This document shows positions 9,610-20,489 of a DNA stretch of 64,000 bases, in pieces; the stretch's first letter is position 1; each line of letters starts with the position of its first letter. This stretch comes from Burkholderiales bacterium (GTDB lineage Bacteria; Pseudomonadota; Gammaproteobacteria; Burkholderiales; SG8-39): contig DATNMK010000084.1 in assembly GCA_035602335.1 (NCBI GenBank), positions 42,318 to 106,317 on the forward strand, written 5' to 3'. The position numbers and the translations under genes were made by a program. The notes beneath the pieces are model-generated. The model saw only the letters and a program-made list of their open reading frames with translations, was not told the origin of the DNA and did not search any database.

Positions 9610-10524
9610 ATGGTCGTCACGCACGGCTCTTTGCAGGCCACCCGGGGCCGGTGCGCGCTGACCATCGGCAACTTCGACGGCGTGCACCGCGGCCACCGCG
9701 CGCTCATCGACCGGGTAACGGCGAAGGCCCGTGAGCTGAAGCTCGCTTCCTGCGTCCTTACGTTCGAGCCGCACCCGCGCGAGTTCTTCTCGGGCGATTC
9801 GGCGCCGGCGCGGCTTACCCGCCTGCGCGACAAGCTCGAGCTGCTGGCGGCGGCAGGCGTGAAGCGCGTGCACGTCGCGCGCTTCGACGCGCGCTTCGCG
9901 TCGCTGCCGGCCGAGCGCTTCGTCGAGGACGTGTTGGTGCGCGCGCTCGGCACGCGCTGGCTGCTCGTCGGCCGCGATTTCCGCTTCGGCGCGCGCCGTG
10001 GCGGCGATTTCACGACCCTCGAGGAAGCGGCAGTGCGCCACGGATTCAGACTGGAAGCGATGCCTGACGTGCTGTTCGAAGGCGAACGGGTGTCGAGCTC
10101 CGCGGTGCGCGGCGCGCTCGATGTCGGCGACTTGCGCCGCGCGGCGCGGCTGCTGGGGCATCCGTACACCATCAGCGGCCGCGTGGCGCACGGCGCGAAG
10201 CTCGGCCGCGCCCTGGGATTTCCCACGGCCAACGTGGTGTTACGGCGCCCGCCGCCGCTCGGCGGCATCTTCGCCGTGGAGGTCGACGGCCTTGGCCCGG
10301 GCGTCGCGAGCGTCGGCAAGCGCCCAACGGTGAACCCCGTCCCGGTGCCGTTGCTGGAGGTGCATCTCTTCGATTGCGATCAGGAGCTCTATGGCCGGCA
10401 CCTGAAGGTGCGCTTCCTCGAGAAGCTGCGCGACGAGAAGAAATACGACGGGCTCGATGCCCTGAAGCAGGCGATCGCGCAGGATGCGAGCCGCGCCCGG
10501 GAATATTTTGCGAGACATGGCTGA
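9610..10524 (+). CDS. ribF: Bifunctional riboflavin kinase / FMN adenylyltransferase
   Basis: [18 protein letters not shown]...GFPTANV...[32 protein letters not shown]. Confidence 0.9.
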   Translation: MVVTHGSLQATRGRCALTIGNFDGVHRGHRALIDRVTAKARELKLASCVLTFEPHPREFFSGDSAPARLTRLRDKLELLAAAGVKRVHVARFDARFASLPAERFVEDVLVRALGTRWLLVGRDFRFGARRGGDFTTLEEAAVRHGFRLEAMPDVLFEGERVSSSAVRGALDVGDLRRAARLLGHPYTISGRVAHGAKLGRALGFPTANVVLRRPPPLGGIFAVEVDGLGPGVASVGKRPTVNPVPVPLLEVHLFDCDQELYGRHLKVRFLEKLRDEKKYDGLDALKQAIAQDASRAREYFARHG

Positions 10525-13282
10525 CTACAAGGACACGCTGAACCTGCCGGAGACGGCGTTTCCCATGCGAGGCGATCTCGCGCGGCGCGAACCGGAGTGG
10601 GTGAAGGACTGGAAAGAGAAAGGCCTCTATCGCCGGCTGCGCCAGATCGCGAAAGGGCGGCCGCGCTTCGTGCTGCACGACGGTCCGCCGTACGCCAACG
10701 GCGACATCCACATCGGCACAGCCGTCAACAAGATCCTGAAGGACGTCATCGTGAAGTCCAAGACCCTCGCCGGTTTCGATGCGCCGTATGTGCCCGGCTG
10801 GGACTGCCACGGCATGCCGATCGAAGTGCAGATCGAAAAGAAATACGGCAAGAACCTGCCGCCAGAAGAGACGCTGCGGCTTTGCCGCGCTTTTGCCGCC
10901 GAGCAGATCGAGCGGCAGAAAAAGGACTTCGAGCGCCTCGGCGTGCTCGGCGACTGGGAGCATCCCTACCTGACGATGGCCTATGGCAACGAGGCCGACG
11001 AGATCCGCGTGCTCGGCAGGCTGCTCGACAAGGGCTACATCTATCGCGGCCTCAAGCCCGTCAACTGGTGCTTCGACTGCGGCTCGGCGCTGGCGGAAGC
11101 CGAGGTCGAGTACGAGGATCGCAGGGATCCTGCAGTGGATGTGGGATTTCCTTTTGCGGAGCCCGCAAAGCTCGCAAAAGCATTCAATTACCCCATTGAA
11201 AGGCCTGGCTACGCAGTCATCTGGACGACCACGCCGTGGACCTTGCCGGGCAACCAGGCGCTGAACGTTCATCCCGAGCTGATCTATAACCTGGTCGACA
11301 CGGAAAAGGGTCTTTTGATCCTCGCCGCCGAGCTGCAGGAGAGCTGCCTCAAGCGCTACCGACTCACGGGGAAGACGCTCGTCTCGTGCAAAGGCAGGGC
11401 GCTCGAGCACATCCGCTTTCGCCACCCTTTCTATGACCGCGAAGTGCCAGTCTATCTTGGCGAGTATGTGTCGCTCGACACCGGCACCGGGATCGTGCAT
11501 TCGGCCCCCGCGTATGGCGTCGAGGACTTCGAGTCCTGCCGCCGCTACGGCATGAAGGACGAGGAGATCCTCGCTCCGGTGATGGGCGACGGCCGCTTCG
11601 CCGCGTCGCTGCCGCTCTTCGGCGGCATGATGATCTGGGACGCGAACGGCAAGATCATCGACGAGCTGAAAAAGCGCAATGTCCTGTTCCACCACGAGCC
11701 GTTCACGCACAGCTACATGCACTGCTGGCGCCACAAGACGCCGGTGATCCTGCGCGCCACCACGCAGTGGTTCGCCGCGATGGATAAGGAAGTCAACGGA
11801 GAAACCCTGCGCGCGACGGCGTTGCGTGGGATCGACAACACGCAGTTCTTTCCCTCTTGGGGCAAGGAGCGCCTGCGCGGCATGGTCGCGAATCGCCCCG
11901 ACTGGACGCTGTCGCGGCAGCGGCAGTGGGGCGTGCCGATGCCGTTTTTCCTGCACCGCGAGACCGGCAAGCTGCATCCGCGCACGCCCGAGCTGCTCGA
12001 GGCGGTGGCAAAGCGCGTCGAGCGCAGCGGCATCGAGGCCTGGCAGTCGGTCCGCACCGAGGAGCTGCTCGGCGCAGACGCCCCTCGATACGAGAAGAGC
12101 CGCGACACCCTCGACGTCTGGTTCGATTCCGGCTCGACCCATTACACCGTGTTGCGCGGCTCGCACAAGGAAGAGACGGGTTTTCCGGCCCATCTTTACC
12201 TTGAGGGCTCGGATCAGCACCGCGGCTGGTTCCATTCCTCGCTCCTGGTCTCCTGCATGCTGGACGGCATCCCGCCCTACCAGGGGCTGCTCACGCACGG
12301 CTTCGTGGTCGACGGCGAGGGCCGCAAGATGTCGAAGTCGAAAGGCAACGTGATCGTGCCGCAGGAGGTGTCGAACAGGCTGGGCGCGGAGGTCCTGCGC
12401 CTGTGGGTGGCGAGCACCGATTATTCGGGCGAGCTGTTCATCTCCAACGAGATCCTGAAGCGCGTGGTGGAGAGCTATCGCCGCGTGCGCAATACGCTGC
12501 GCTTCCTCCTCGCCAACACCTCGGACTTCGACGCCGCCCGGCACGCCGTGCCGGTCGACGAGATGCTCGAGATCGACCGCTATGCGCTCGCCATGACGGC
12601 GAGGGTGCAGGAGGACATCGCCGGCGACTACGAGCGCTACCAGTTCCACCTCGTGGCGCAGAAGCTGCAGGCGTTCTGCTCCGAGGACCTCGGCGCGTTT
12701 TTCGTCGACATCCTCAAGGACCGGCTCTACACCTGCAAGGCGGACTCGCTCCCCCGCCGCTCGGCGCAGAGCGCGCTCTACCACATCACGCACAGCCTGG
12801 TGCGCCTGATGGCGCCGATCCTGACCTTCACCGCCGAGGAGCTGTGGCAGGTATTCACCGGAAAGCGCGACGACAGCGTGTTCTTCCACACCTGGCACGA
12901 GCTGCCGCGCCCGAAGGACGGCGCGCAGCTGCTGCCGAAGTGGGAGCGCCTGCGCGAGCTGCGCAACCCGGTGCGCAAGAAAATCGAGGAGCTGCGCGCC
13001 GCCGGCAAGGTGGGCTCGTCGCTGCAGGCCGAGGTCGATCTGCATGCCGGTGGGCAGGACTACGACCTGCTCGCCAGCCTTGGCAAGGAACTCAAATTCC
13101 TGATGCTGACCTCGGCGGCGCGGGTTCACCCCTCGAGCGAGCTGCAGGTGGCTGTCAAAGCGAGCGAGCATGCGAAGTGCGAACGCTGCTGGCATTACAG
13201 GCCGGACGTCAACGGTGAGGGCCTGTGCGCGCGCTGCGAAACAAACCTGCGCGGGCCCGGCGAAACCCGGCGGCATGTCTAG
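10517..13282 (+). CDS. ileS: Isoleucine--tRNA ligase
   Basis: [21 protein letters not shown]...[15 protein letters not shown] (HIGH)...KMSKSKGN (KMSKS). C-terminal Zn motif CERCWHY...CARC. Confidence 0.95.
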   Translation: MADYKDTLNLPETAFPMRGDLARREPEWVKDWKEKGLYRRLRQIAKGRPRFVLHDGPPYANGDIHIGTAVNKILKDVIVKSKTLAGFDAPYVPGWDCHGMPIEVQIEKKYGKNLPPEETLRLCRAFAAEQIERQKKDFERLGVLGDWEHPYLTMAYGNEADEIRVLGRLLDKGYIYRGLKPVNWCFDCGSALAEAEVEYEDRRDPAVDVGFPFAEPAKLAKAFNYPIERPGYAVIWTTTPWTLPGNQALNVHPELIYNLVDTEKGLLILAAELQESCLKRYRLTGKTLVSCKGRALEHIRFRHPFYDREVPVYLGEYVSLDTGTGIVHSAPAYGVEDFESCRRYGMKDEEILAPVMGDGRFAASLPLFGGMMIWDANGKIIDELKKRNVLFHHEPFTHSYMHCWRHKTPVILRATTQWFAAMDKEVNGETLRATALRGIDNTQFFPSWGKERLRGMVANRPDWTLSRQRQWGVPMPFFLHRETGKLHPRTPELLEAVAKRVERSGIEAWQSVRTEELLGADAPRYEKSRDTLDVWFDSGSTHYTVLRGSHKEETGFPAHLYLEGSDQHRGWFHSSLLVSCMLDGIPPYQGLLTHGFVVDGEGRKMSKSKGNVIVPQEVSNRLGAEVLRLWVASTDYSGELFISNEILKRVVESYRRVRNTLRFLLANTSDFDAARHAVPVDEMLEIDRYALAMTARVQEDIAGDYERYQFHLVAQKLQAFCSEDLGAFFVDILKDRLYTCKADSLPRRSAQSALYHITHSLVRLMAPILTFTAEELWQVFTGKRDDSVFFHTWHELPRPKDGAQLLPKWERLRELRNPVRKKIEELRAAGKVGSSLQAEVDLHAGGQDYDLLASLGKELKFLMLTSAARVHPSSELQVAVKASEHAKCERCWHYRPDVNGEGLCARCETNLRGPGETRRHV

Positions 13283-13745
13283 GACCTGGCGCTGGTTCGC
13301 GATCGCGGCGGCCATCGTCGTCGCGGACCAGATTGCCAAATGGGCCGTGCTCGCCAGCTTCGCGCCGGGCGAGCGGCGTGTGCTCACCGGCTTCCTCAAC
13401 CTGGTGCTGGTGTTCAACAAGGGCGCCGCGTTCAGCTTTCTCGCCGACGCGCCCGGCTGGCAGACGCCGCTGCTGGTCGCGTTCTCTCTCCTCGCCGCAG
13501 TCATCGTCGGCGTGCTGCTGCTGCGCTCGCCGGGGCGGGAGATGCTTTGCGCCGGGCTGGCGCTGATCCTCGGCGGAGCGCTCGGCAACGTCATCGACCG
13601 TCTGCGCTTTGGCCAGGTGGTGGACTTCCTCGATTTCCACGCCTTCGGCTGGCATTGGCCGGCCTTCAACATCGCCGATTCGGCGATCACGGTGGGTGCC
13701 GGGCTGCTGATCCTCGAAGGGTTCTTGCATGAAAAGCGGCGCTGA
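13275..13745 (+). CDS. lspA: Lipoprotein signal peptidase II
   Basis: [26 protein letters not shown]...NKGAAFSFL...[22 protein letters not shown]...[11 protein letters not shown]. Overlaps the ileS stop. Confidence 0.9.
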   Translation: MSRTWRWFAIAAAIVVADQIAKWAVLASFAPGERRVLTGFLNLVLVFNKGAAFSFLADAPGWQTPLLVAFSLLAAVIVGVLLLRSPGREMLCAGLALILGGALGNVIDRLRFGQVVDFLDFHAFGWHWPAFNIADSAITVGAGLLILEGFLHEKRR

Positions 13746-14277
13746 TCGGGGCGACCTGGCGCTGCTGCTCAAGGCGCTCGCCTTCGCCGCGCACAAGCAC
13801 CGCGACCAGCGGCGCAAGGACGCCGAGTCCTCGCCCTACATCAACCATCCGATCGCGCTCGCCGACGTGCTGATCAACGAGGGCGGGGTCACGGACGTCG
13901 AAGTCCTGTGCGCGGCGCTGCTCCACGACACGGTGGAGGATACGGCGACCACGCATGAAGAGCTGGTGAACGCCTTCGGCTCGAAGATCGCGCGCATCGT
14001 CGCCGAGGTCACCGACGATAAGTCGCTGCCGAAGGCCGAGCGCAAGCGCCTGCAGGTCGAGCACGCGGCGAGCCTGAGCAAGGAAGCCAAGCTGGTGAAG
14101 CTCGCCGACAAGATCTGCAACCTGCGCGACGTCTCCGATCACCCCCCGGCGCATTGGGACCAGCAGCGCCGCCGCGAGTACTTCGACTGGGCCAGGCGCG
14201 TGGTCGACGGCGTGCGCGGCGCACATCCGGGCCTCGAGAAAGCGTTCGACGCCGCGTATGCGCGGCGCCCGGCGTGA
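13729..14277 (+). CDS. HD-domain hydrolase-only RelA/SpoT homologue (small alarmone hydrolase, Mesh1-like)
   Basis: [16 protein letters not shown]...[10 protein letters not shown]...[11 protein letters not shown] (HDxxED)...[11 protein letters not shown]. 182 aa. Overlaps the lspA 3' end by 17 nt. Confidence 0.7.
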   Translation: MKSGADRGDLALLLKALAFAAHKHRDQRRKDAESSPYINHPIALADVLINEGGVTDVEVLCAALLHDTVEDTATTHEELVNAFGSKIARIVAEVTDDKSLPKAERKRLQVEHAASLSKEAKLVKLADKICNLRDVSDHPPAHWDQQRRREYFDWARRVVDGVRGAHPGLEKAFDAAYARRPA

Positions 14278-14288
14278 GAAAATCGGGC

Positions 14289-15233
14289 ATGGACGTTTTA
14301 CTCGCCAATCCCCGCGGCTTCTGTGCCGGAGTCGAGCGCGCGATCGAGATCGTCGAGCGCGCATTGCGCCAGTTCGGCGCCCCGATCTACGTGCGGCACG
14401 AGATCGTGCACAACAAGTACGTGGTCGACGACCTGCGCTCGAAGGGCGCGGTGTTCGTCGACGAGCTCGACGAAGTGCCCACCGGCAGCACGGTGATCTT
14501 CAGCGCCCATGGCGTGGCCAAAGCGGTGCGCGCCGAGGCGGAGAGCCGCGGCCTCAAGGTGTTCGACGCCACCTGCCCGCTGGTGACGAAGGTGCACGTC
14601 GAGGTCGCCAAGATGCTGAAGGCCGGCTTCGAGATCGTGATGATCGGCCATCGCGGGCACCCCGAAGCCGAGGGCACCATGGGGCAGGCCGACCACGCCA
14701 TGTACCTGGTGGAGACGCTCGACGACGTGGCGGGACTCAAGCCACGCGACCCGTCGAAGCTCGCCTACGTGACGCAGACCACGCTGTCGGTCGACGATGC
14801 CGCCACGATCGTCGGCGCCCTCAAGGCTCGCTTCCCGAAGATTCAGGGTCCGAAGCGCGACGACATCTGCTACGCGACTCAGAACCGCCAGGACGCGGTC
14901 AAGTTCATGGCGCCGCAATGCGACGTCGTGATCGTGGTCGGCTCGCCCAACAGCTCCAACTCGAACCGGCTGCGCGAGGTCGCCGAGCACATGGGCGCCG
15001 ACGCGTACATGGTGGACAGCGCCGACGACCTGCGTCCGCAGTGGATCGCGGGCAAGCGCCGGGTAGGCGTGACGGCCGGCGCCTCGGCGCCTGAAATCCT
15101 GGTGAACCAGCTGATCGAGCGGCTGAAAGCGCTCGGCGCCGAAAGCGTGCGGCCGCTCGAGGGCATTACCGAGGACGTCGTGTTCAGCCTGCCGCGCGAG
15201 CTGGCGCCGCGCGCGGCAGACGGCGAGCGCTGA
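14289..15233 (+). CDS. ispH: 4-hydroxy-3-methylbut-2-enyl diphosphate reductase
   Basis: [26 protein letters not shown]...VRHEIVHN...SAHGV...[10 protein letters not shown]...[13 protein letters not shown]. Confidence 0.95.
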   Translation: MDVLLANPRGFCAGVERAIEIVERALRQFGAPIYVRHEIVHNKYVVDDLRSKGAVFVDELDEVPTGSTVIFSAHGVAKAVRAEAESRGLKVFDATCPLVTKVHVEVAKMLKAGFEIVMIGHRGHPEAEGTMGQADHAMYLVETLDDVAGLKPRDPSKLAYVTQTTLSVDDAATIVGALKARFPKIQGPKRDDICYATQNRQDAVKFMAPQCDVVIVVGSPNSSNSNRLREVAEHMGADAYMVDSADDLRPQWIAGKRRVGVTAGASAPEILVNQLIERLKALGAESVRPLEGITEDVVFSLPRELAPRAADGER

Positions 15234-15242
15234 AACCGCCGA

Positions 15243-18200
15243 TCAGCGCTCGCGATAGGAGAAGCGCTTCACGCCGGCCCCGGCGGTATTGATCTGCACG
15301 TCCACCGACGTCTTGCTCGTATCGGCGCCGGTGATGATGTCCTTGATCGCTCCCGAGGGCAGCTGGACGATCGCCATGCCGACCGCAATCGTACCGCCGA
15401 GCGAGCGACCGACCACACCGCCCGTGGCGGTCGGTATGGCCGATCCCGTCCTGAAGTCGAAGTCATAGTCCTTGCTGCTGCCGCCGACGGCACATGCGCC
15501 GCCGGCCGACGGGATGTTGGTGGTTACCTTCACCGTGCCGAGCACCAGCCTTGGGTCGAGGTTGACACGCTCGCCCGGCGTCGGATCGGCCGCCGGGTTG
15601 AAGTCCACCAGCCAGCCGTCCTGGGTGCTCCAGTTGACCGGGTTGCTGGAGATGCCGCGGTCCGTTGCGTTGATCTTGGTCAGGGTTTGCGTGACAAGGG
15701 TCGCGCCGGTCCGCAGGCTTGACCCGTAGTCGACATCTTTATCCTTGAAGCCATAAAGCGTCTGCTGCCACGCGATGCCGCTCGCGGCGCCAGGATCCGT
15801 GAGGTCGGCGTTGCCGAGGTAGCGGCCAGTACCGATGTAAAGCACGCGGTTCGTGCCGATGTGCGTCAGCACAACCCGGGTGCTGATCGGCTGTGCGCGG
15901 CCGGCGCCGTCCTTGAGAGTGGCAATGTGCGCTACGCACGGTGCAGCCCCTGAGCCCGGTGCCGCGCATGTTCCGGTCGAGGTGCCGAAGTCGAGCCGCC
16001 AGACATTGCCGAGCTGATCGCCGCCATAGATGTAGCGGAACGTGGCGTCGGTCGCCGGCGAGTCGTAAAAACCCGATAGCTTCATCAGCCCGGAGGGGGT
16101 GCCAACGGTGCCGGCGCCCGTGCTTATCTTGTTGAGGACTGTTCCGGTGATCGCGTCAAGCACGTAGAAATAGCCGATGCCTGTACCGGGGCTGACGTTG
16201 TTCAAGCCGGAGGTGAGGACTACCACCCATTTACCGTCCGAGGAGCGCTTGCCGACCACGGGGTTGCCGAATGTGAGGCCGAGATCTGCGTCATTGATCG
16301 CGCAGAGTGTGGAGTCATTGCAGAACTCCCACAGCCCCTTCGGGTTGACCGGGTCAGTGATGTCGAGCGCAAAGTAGCCGCGACCCCCGCCGGCGGTGCC
16401 GCCGATGAGGATGGTCTTCCAGGCCGTCGCTGCCGTGTCATAGACATCGAAGGTCTCCGGCGAGCCGTCGACGAAATAGCGGTGCTGCGAGGAATAGCCC
16501 GTGTCGGCGAGCGCATACAGGCCGGGCATGAGGAAGCGCGGCGTATATGCCCAGGATTCGTCGCCGTTGCTGCCGTCGAAGGCATGCAGGAAGCCGTCAT
16601 TTGCGCCGACATAGACACGGGGAGCCCGATTTGCGTTGCCGCTTGCAAACGTCGCGTACGACGGCGTTACCGCGTCGACGTAGCTGTTGATCGGATTGCG
16701 CACGAACACCGGTTTGGCCGTGATCGTGTCGCCGAGCACCGTGTTGGTCGTCACGCCGGTGATCGGATCGACGACGACGCGATCGCGGAACACGGTGGCT
16801 TCGTTGGCCTGCCAGCCGCGCAGGTAGCCGACGAGCTGGCTGCCGTCGTTCGCCGTGACGAGCTGCGCCGGCGTCAGCAGCGAGCACTGCGTCATCGTGC
16901 TGAGCGGCGTGCACTTGCTGCCGAAAAATCCCTGCTCGGTCGCGGTGAGCGACGCCCAACTGAATGCCTTGACCTTCGTGCCGGTGCCCGTGTCATCGAG
17001 CGTCAGGATGTTGCGCGTGTCGCTCGACGCGGCAACCCGCGACAGCAGGTTCAGGTCGGCCTGCCACTGGACGGTCGGGTTCACGTTGCCGGTCGACGGG
17101 TCGATGGTCTGCGCGAAAACCTTGCCGGACCACGTGTTGGTCTCGTAAGTGGTGCTGAAGATCTGGTTGTCGGTCTGCGTCACGTTCGGGCTCGAAGTCG
17201 CCGAGGCCGACGCGGCTGCCACGGTCGCGTTGAGCGAAGTAAGGGCGGTCGAGATTCCCTGGCGCAGCGCGTCGGGGTTGAGCGCCTGGAAGTACGAACC
17301 GCGCCCGTTCACCGCCGCGTGCCAAAGGTCGTCCAGGTTGGCGTTGGTGTTGTTCGCCGGCGCCGGCCAGTTGCAGTTTCCGGCCGTCCAGAAGCAGCCG
17401 CCGACCGTGCCATTCTTGATGTTGGCAAAGTCGCCGGTCGTCGCCGTCTCGTAATCCGGCTGGAAGCGCATCAGGCCGTCGGCGAGGCCGATGCCGAAAG
17501 TCACCATGTGCTGGTACGGGAGGAAGTCTTTCGCTCCGGTCTTGACGGAAATCGAATCAGTGGACAAATCGACGGTGTTGGGCGGATTGGTGTTCGGGCC
17601 GAACTTCGGTCCGGTCGGGTCACCGTTGTAATCCGTGCCGCCGCGCAACCGGGTCTGATAGAAGTACATCGCGACGTCCGCGACCGTCGAGGCAGTGCCG
17701 CCAGGCGAGAACGTCGAAGTGACCGCGCCGCCGGTTGTCGTCTGCGGATTCGGGCTCCACACCGTCAGCGCCGTGCCGCTGCCGTTGGTGTTCACCACCG
17801 GCGTGTTGTTGGTCGTCTTGGGATTCGGGCTCAGCGTGATCGCTATCGATGAACTCGAACAGGCGCCACCGCTGGGCTGGGTCGTGCTGAACGTCGTGCC
17901 GTTGGTGCTGTACTGATATGGCTGCGTAGTTACACCGCCGGTGCTGTTGTTCGTTTGCACTCCGTCGGCGGTGACGATCGTATTCGTCTGTGTCTTTGTC
18001 TGGCGGATAATCACGTACCTGTTGCTGGAGCAAGGACTGCACGATTTCGTGGTGCCGTCGTTAAATGTGACGCTGTTGCTGCCGCTGCGTTTGCAGAGCC
18101 TGTCTTCCTGCACCGTTTGCGGCGTGTCCTGTTGCGTCCAGTTGGCGGCCACGCAGCCGGGCGCGATCGTCGTAACCAGCGGGTTCGTTGCAGTCGTGCT

Positions 18201-20465
18201 GCTCGTCAGCACCCCGTTGGAGAAAACGTCGGTGCGCGCCTGTTGCATGTCTTCCTGAATGAGCTTGTGCTCTTTCGGCTGGCAGCTGCAAGTGACCGGG
18301 CCGCCCGGGCTGCCAATGGAGAAATTCACCGTGTTATTGCCCTGGCAAAGGACCTGTTCCGAATTGGACGAGATGGGAGTGACGGTGGTCGACGAAGAGC
18401 CCGATGCATCGAGCGTGCCGGTCAAGGGACGGTCCACCAGCGTGGACCCGCTCAGCGTGGCCGGCGAAGCGTCGAGGTTGCCGATCGTTTTCGCAGCAAG
18501 CGTCTGCGGCGGATAGGAGGGAAGGTTGTTCCAGTAACCGTCCGTCGTCAGCAGCGTGAAGTTGCGCTGGCAAGCCGCCTGGATCGGGTCATCGGTGGTC
18601 GGAATCCCCGAGGTAAGGCCGGTGTTGAGCTTGCCGGCATAAATCCATCCGGCGCGCGCCAGGGCTTCCTGCAGCGGCGTCGCGTTGCCTACCGTTTGCG
18701 TGTAGAACTTGTTGAAGAAGTTCGTCGCCTGCGTGGTGTCGAAGTCCTGGATGCGGAGATATTTGCTCGCCGCCACGCTACCCGAGTCCTGCGCGTGCAT
18801 GGCGATGAAGCCAAGGCGCAGCGAATTCGGCTTCGGCGGCGTGCCGGTCGGGTTGCCGATGAAAGCAAGAAAGGAAAGTCCGGCCGAGGTCTTCATCATC
18901 TGGATACGCGTGCGGTAATAGGTGTACCAGCGCGCGTAGTTGTTCATCTCCTCGGCGTAGGTGCAGGTAGGCGCACTGATGCAGTCGGCGCGATTCGCCC
19001 GGTTGCTGTAACTGCCGACCGAAGACTTGATGATGTCGCGCTTGAACCAGCCGTAGCGACCGTAGAGGTATTGCGTGATGCCGGCGGTTTCGTTGTACTT
19101 GGAACGGCAGCGGGCCGTTCCGGACGAGTCGCTTACCGCGCCGGGTGCGAGCGCTTGCGCCTGAGTCTGGCAGAAGCGGACATACGCCGGGAACGTGAAT
19201 CCCGCGGGCGGCGCCGCAGGCGGAATCACCTGCACGCAGTTGGTCAGGTTGGCATCGGAGCAGTATTCGACCGGCACGATGGCGAAGGCAATCGCCGGCC
19301 CGTTGTTCGAAGTGCCGACGTTGTACAGCCCGGTCCGGACCCACGTAAGCGTGCCGCCGCTAAGTGTGCCGCCGCTGGTAAAAGTGAATTGGTTAGCGCT
19401 GAGCACCGTAACTGCCTTACCCGTATCCGTTATCGCGGCCGCTGACTTGGCGGCGATTATGTCGTTAGTGACAAGTCCATGATTGGTACTGGTGACCGTG
19501 ACTAGAGCTCCGACCTGCGTGTAGGTCGCGGCTGTGTGCTTGCGGTAAGACCCATTCGTCGCCCCGAGGGTGCCGCTGCCCGAGGTATATGCGAAGGTAT
19601 TAGCGGTCGGAGCCGGGCTGGCAAGTACCGTAAACACGGTACCGTCGACGGTGCCGGTTCCAGTGACAAAGACGTTGTTCCCCGCGGCAACACCGTGCGC
19701 TTCTGTGGTTGTCACTGTTACCGTAGTTCCGCTGCGCGCAAAGCTGCCCATCGACATCATCTCCGGCAGACCGAAGACCGCCGTGCTGGCGTTGGCGGGG
19801 TTGGTGCGATAAGGGAACTGCCCCGCGGGCATGGCATTGCCAGCGCCGTTTGCCGGGTCGAACGCCGTGCCGGAGACGAGGTTGGCGCCTGCACTGTCTG
19901 CGCCGTTTCGCTTGCAAATGTTGTTGCTGTTGCAGTACTTCATGTCCGGGATCTGGGTGGCCAGATCCACGTTCGTCGCGCTCGCGCCGTACGGGCTGTG
20001 CGTATAAACGTCGTCTGCGACACTGGTGGTTGCGGCCGAGGCTCCGAGCGGCAGACCCGAAGGCGGGTTGATGAGCGGCTGGCCGTTGGGGCCGACGCCG
20101 GCACGGTAGTAGAAATTCGGGTCGTAGGCGACTCCGTTGAAGCCATTGGCCCCGCCGGCCGCGTACGGCGGATCGCCGGCCGAGCAGTCCGTGGGGTTGG
20201 CAGTGGTATTGTTCATGCACGGTTTGGACTGCCCAAGCGCCACGCCACCGGTTTGGGGGCTCACGTAATCGGGCATGAAGTCCCACGCCATGCTGCCCGA
20301 ATCGTCCAGGTCGAACAGCAGGTTCGGCAGGATGCTGGAGCCGCCGCTTGTTGCGAGCGGAACGGCGGAAATGTCGGTCACAGCGGCGAACGCCGTCTGG
20401 CTCACCATGCAACCGAGCACGCTATAGAGAACCAGGCGTTTGGACAGAGAGTTTTTGGGGCTCAT
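15243..20465 (-). CDS. pilY1: Type IV pilus tip adhesin / biogenesis factor PilY1 (PilC-like), 1740 aa
   Basis: Signal peptide MSPKNSLSKRLVLYSVLGCMVSQTAFA. vWA/MIDAS-like LFDLDDSGSMAW near the N-terminus. C-terminal third has beta-propeller-like PilY1 features (YVGANDGFLHAFD..., GGDQLGNVWRLDF). Last gene of the minor-pilin operon. Confidence 0.85.
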   Translation of the reverse strand: MSPKNSLSKRLVLYSVLGCMVSQTAFAAVTDISAVPLATSGGSSILPNLLFDLDDSGSMAWDFMPDYVSPQTGGVALGQSKPCMNNTTANPTDCSAGDPPYAAGGANGFNGVAYDPNFYYRAGVGPNGQPLINPPSGLPLGASAATTSVADDVYTHSPYGASATNVDLATQIPDMKYCNSNNICKRNGADSAGANLVSGTAFDPANGAGNAMPAGQFPYRTNPANASTAVFGLPEMMSMGSFARSGTTVTVTTTEAHGVAAGNNVFVTGTGTVDGTVFTVLASPAPTANTFAYTSGSGTLGATNGSYRKHTAATYTQVGALVTVTSTNHGLVTNDIIAAKSAAAITDTGKAVTVLSANQFTFTSGGTLSGGTLTWVRTGLYNVGTSNNGPAIAFAIVPVEYCSDANLTNCVQVIPPAAPPAGFTFPAYVRFCQTQAQALAPGAVSDSSGTARCRSKYNETAGITQYLYGRYGWFKRDIIKSSVGSYSNRANRADCISAPTCTYAEEMNNYARWYTYYRTRIQMMKTSAGLSFLAFIGNPTGTPPKPNSLRLGFIAMHAQDSGSVAASKYLRIQDFDTTQATNFFNKFYTQTVGNATPLQEALARAGWIYAGKLNTGLTSGIPTTDDPIQAACQRNFTLLTTDGYWNNLPSYPPQTLAAKTIGNLDASPATLSGSTLVDRPLTGTLDASGSSSTTVTPISSNSEQVLCQGNNTVNFSIGSPGGPVTCSCQPKEHKLIQEDMQQARTDVFSNGVLTSSTTATNPLVTTIAPGCVAANWTQQDTPQTVQEDRLCKRSGSNSVTFNDGTTKSCSPCSSNRYVIIRQTKTQTNTIVTADGVQTNNSTGGVTTQPYQYSTNGTTFSTTQPSGGACSSSSIAITLSPNPKTTNNTPVVNTNGSGTALTVWSPNPQTTTGGAVTSTFSPGGTASTVADVAMYFYQTRLRGGTDYNGDPTGPKFGPNTNPPNTVDLSTDSISVKTGAKDFLPYQHMVTFGIGLADGLMRFQPDYETATTGDFANIKNGTVGGCFWTAGNCNWPAPANNTNANLDDLWHAAVNGRGSYFQALNPDALRQGISTALTSLNATVAAASASATSSPNVTQTDNQIFSTTYETNTWSGKVFAQTIDPSTGNVNPTVQWQADLNLLSRVAASSDTRNILTLDDTGTGTKVKAFSWASLTATEQGFFGSKCTPLSTMTQCSLLTPAQLVTANDGSQLVGYLRGWQANEATVFRDRVVVDPITGVTTNTVLGDTITAKPVFVRNPINSYVDAVTPSYATFASGNANRAPRVYVGANDGFLHAFDGSNGDESWAYTPRFLMPGLYALADTGYSSQHRYFVDGSPETFDVYDTAATAWKTILIGGTAGGGRGYFALDITDPVNPKGLWEFCNDSTLCAINDADLGLTFGNPVVGKRSSDGKWVVVLTSGLNNVSPGTGIGYFYVLDAITGTVLNKISTGAGTVGTPSGLMKLSGFYDSPATDATFRYIYGGDQLGNVWRLDFGTSTGTCAAPGSGAAPCVAHIATLKDGAGRAQPISTRVVLTHIGTNRVLYIGTGRYLGNADLTDPGAASGIAWQQTLYGFKDKDVDYGSSLRTGATLVTQTLTKINATDRGISSNPVNWSTQDGWLVDFNPAADPTPGERVNLDPRLVLGTVKVTTNIPSAGGACAVGGSSKDYDFDFRTGSAIPTATGGVVGRSLGGTIAVGMAIVQLPSGAIKDIITGADTSKTSVDVQINTAGAGVKRFSYRER
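19374..19745 (-). repeat. Two tandem ~55-aa repeat modules inside PilY1 (aa ~241-364)
   Basis: TVTVTTTEAHGVAAGNNVFVTGTG..DGTVFTVLASPAPTANTFAYT versus LVTVTSTNHGLVTNDIIAAKSAA..TGKAVTVLSANQFTFT, aligned by eye in the translation. Confidence 0.5.
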
Positions 20466-20489
20466 GACGGTCTCCCTAAGCTTGCTCGT

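Noticed and set aside
10172-13690. 1172-aa ORF antisense to ileS/lspA. Similar very long antisense ORFs occur at 42046-43986, 46556-48214, 3514-4797, 7137-8531, 39597-41348, 60034-62079 and 48912-50453.
   Set aside because: These are typical high-GC artefacts. Their translations are Arg/Ala/Gly/Pro/His-rich with no recognisable motifs, and the opposite strand encodes strongly recognisable proteins (IleS, YhdP, TldD, MurJ, DctM, GlnE, etc.).
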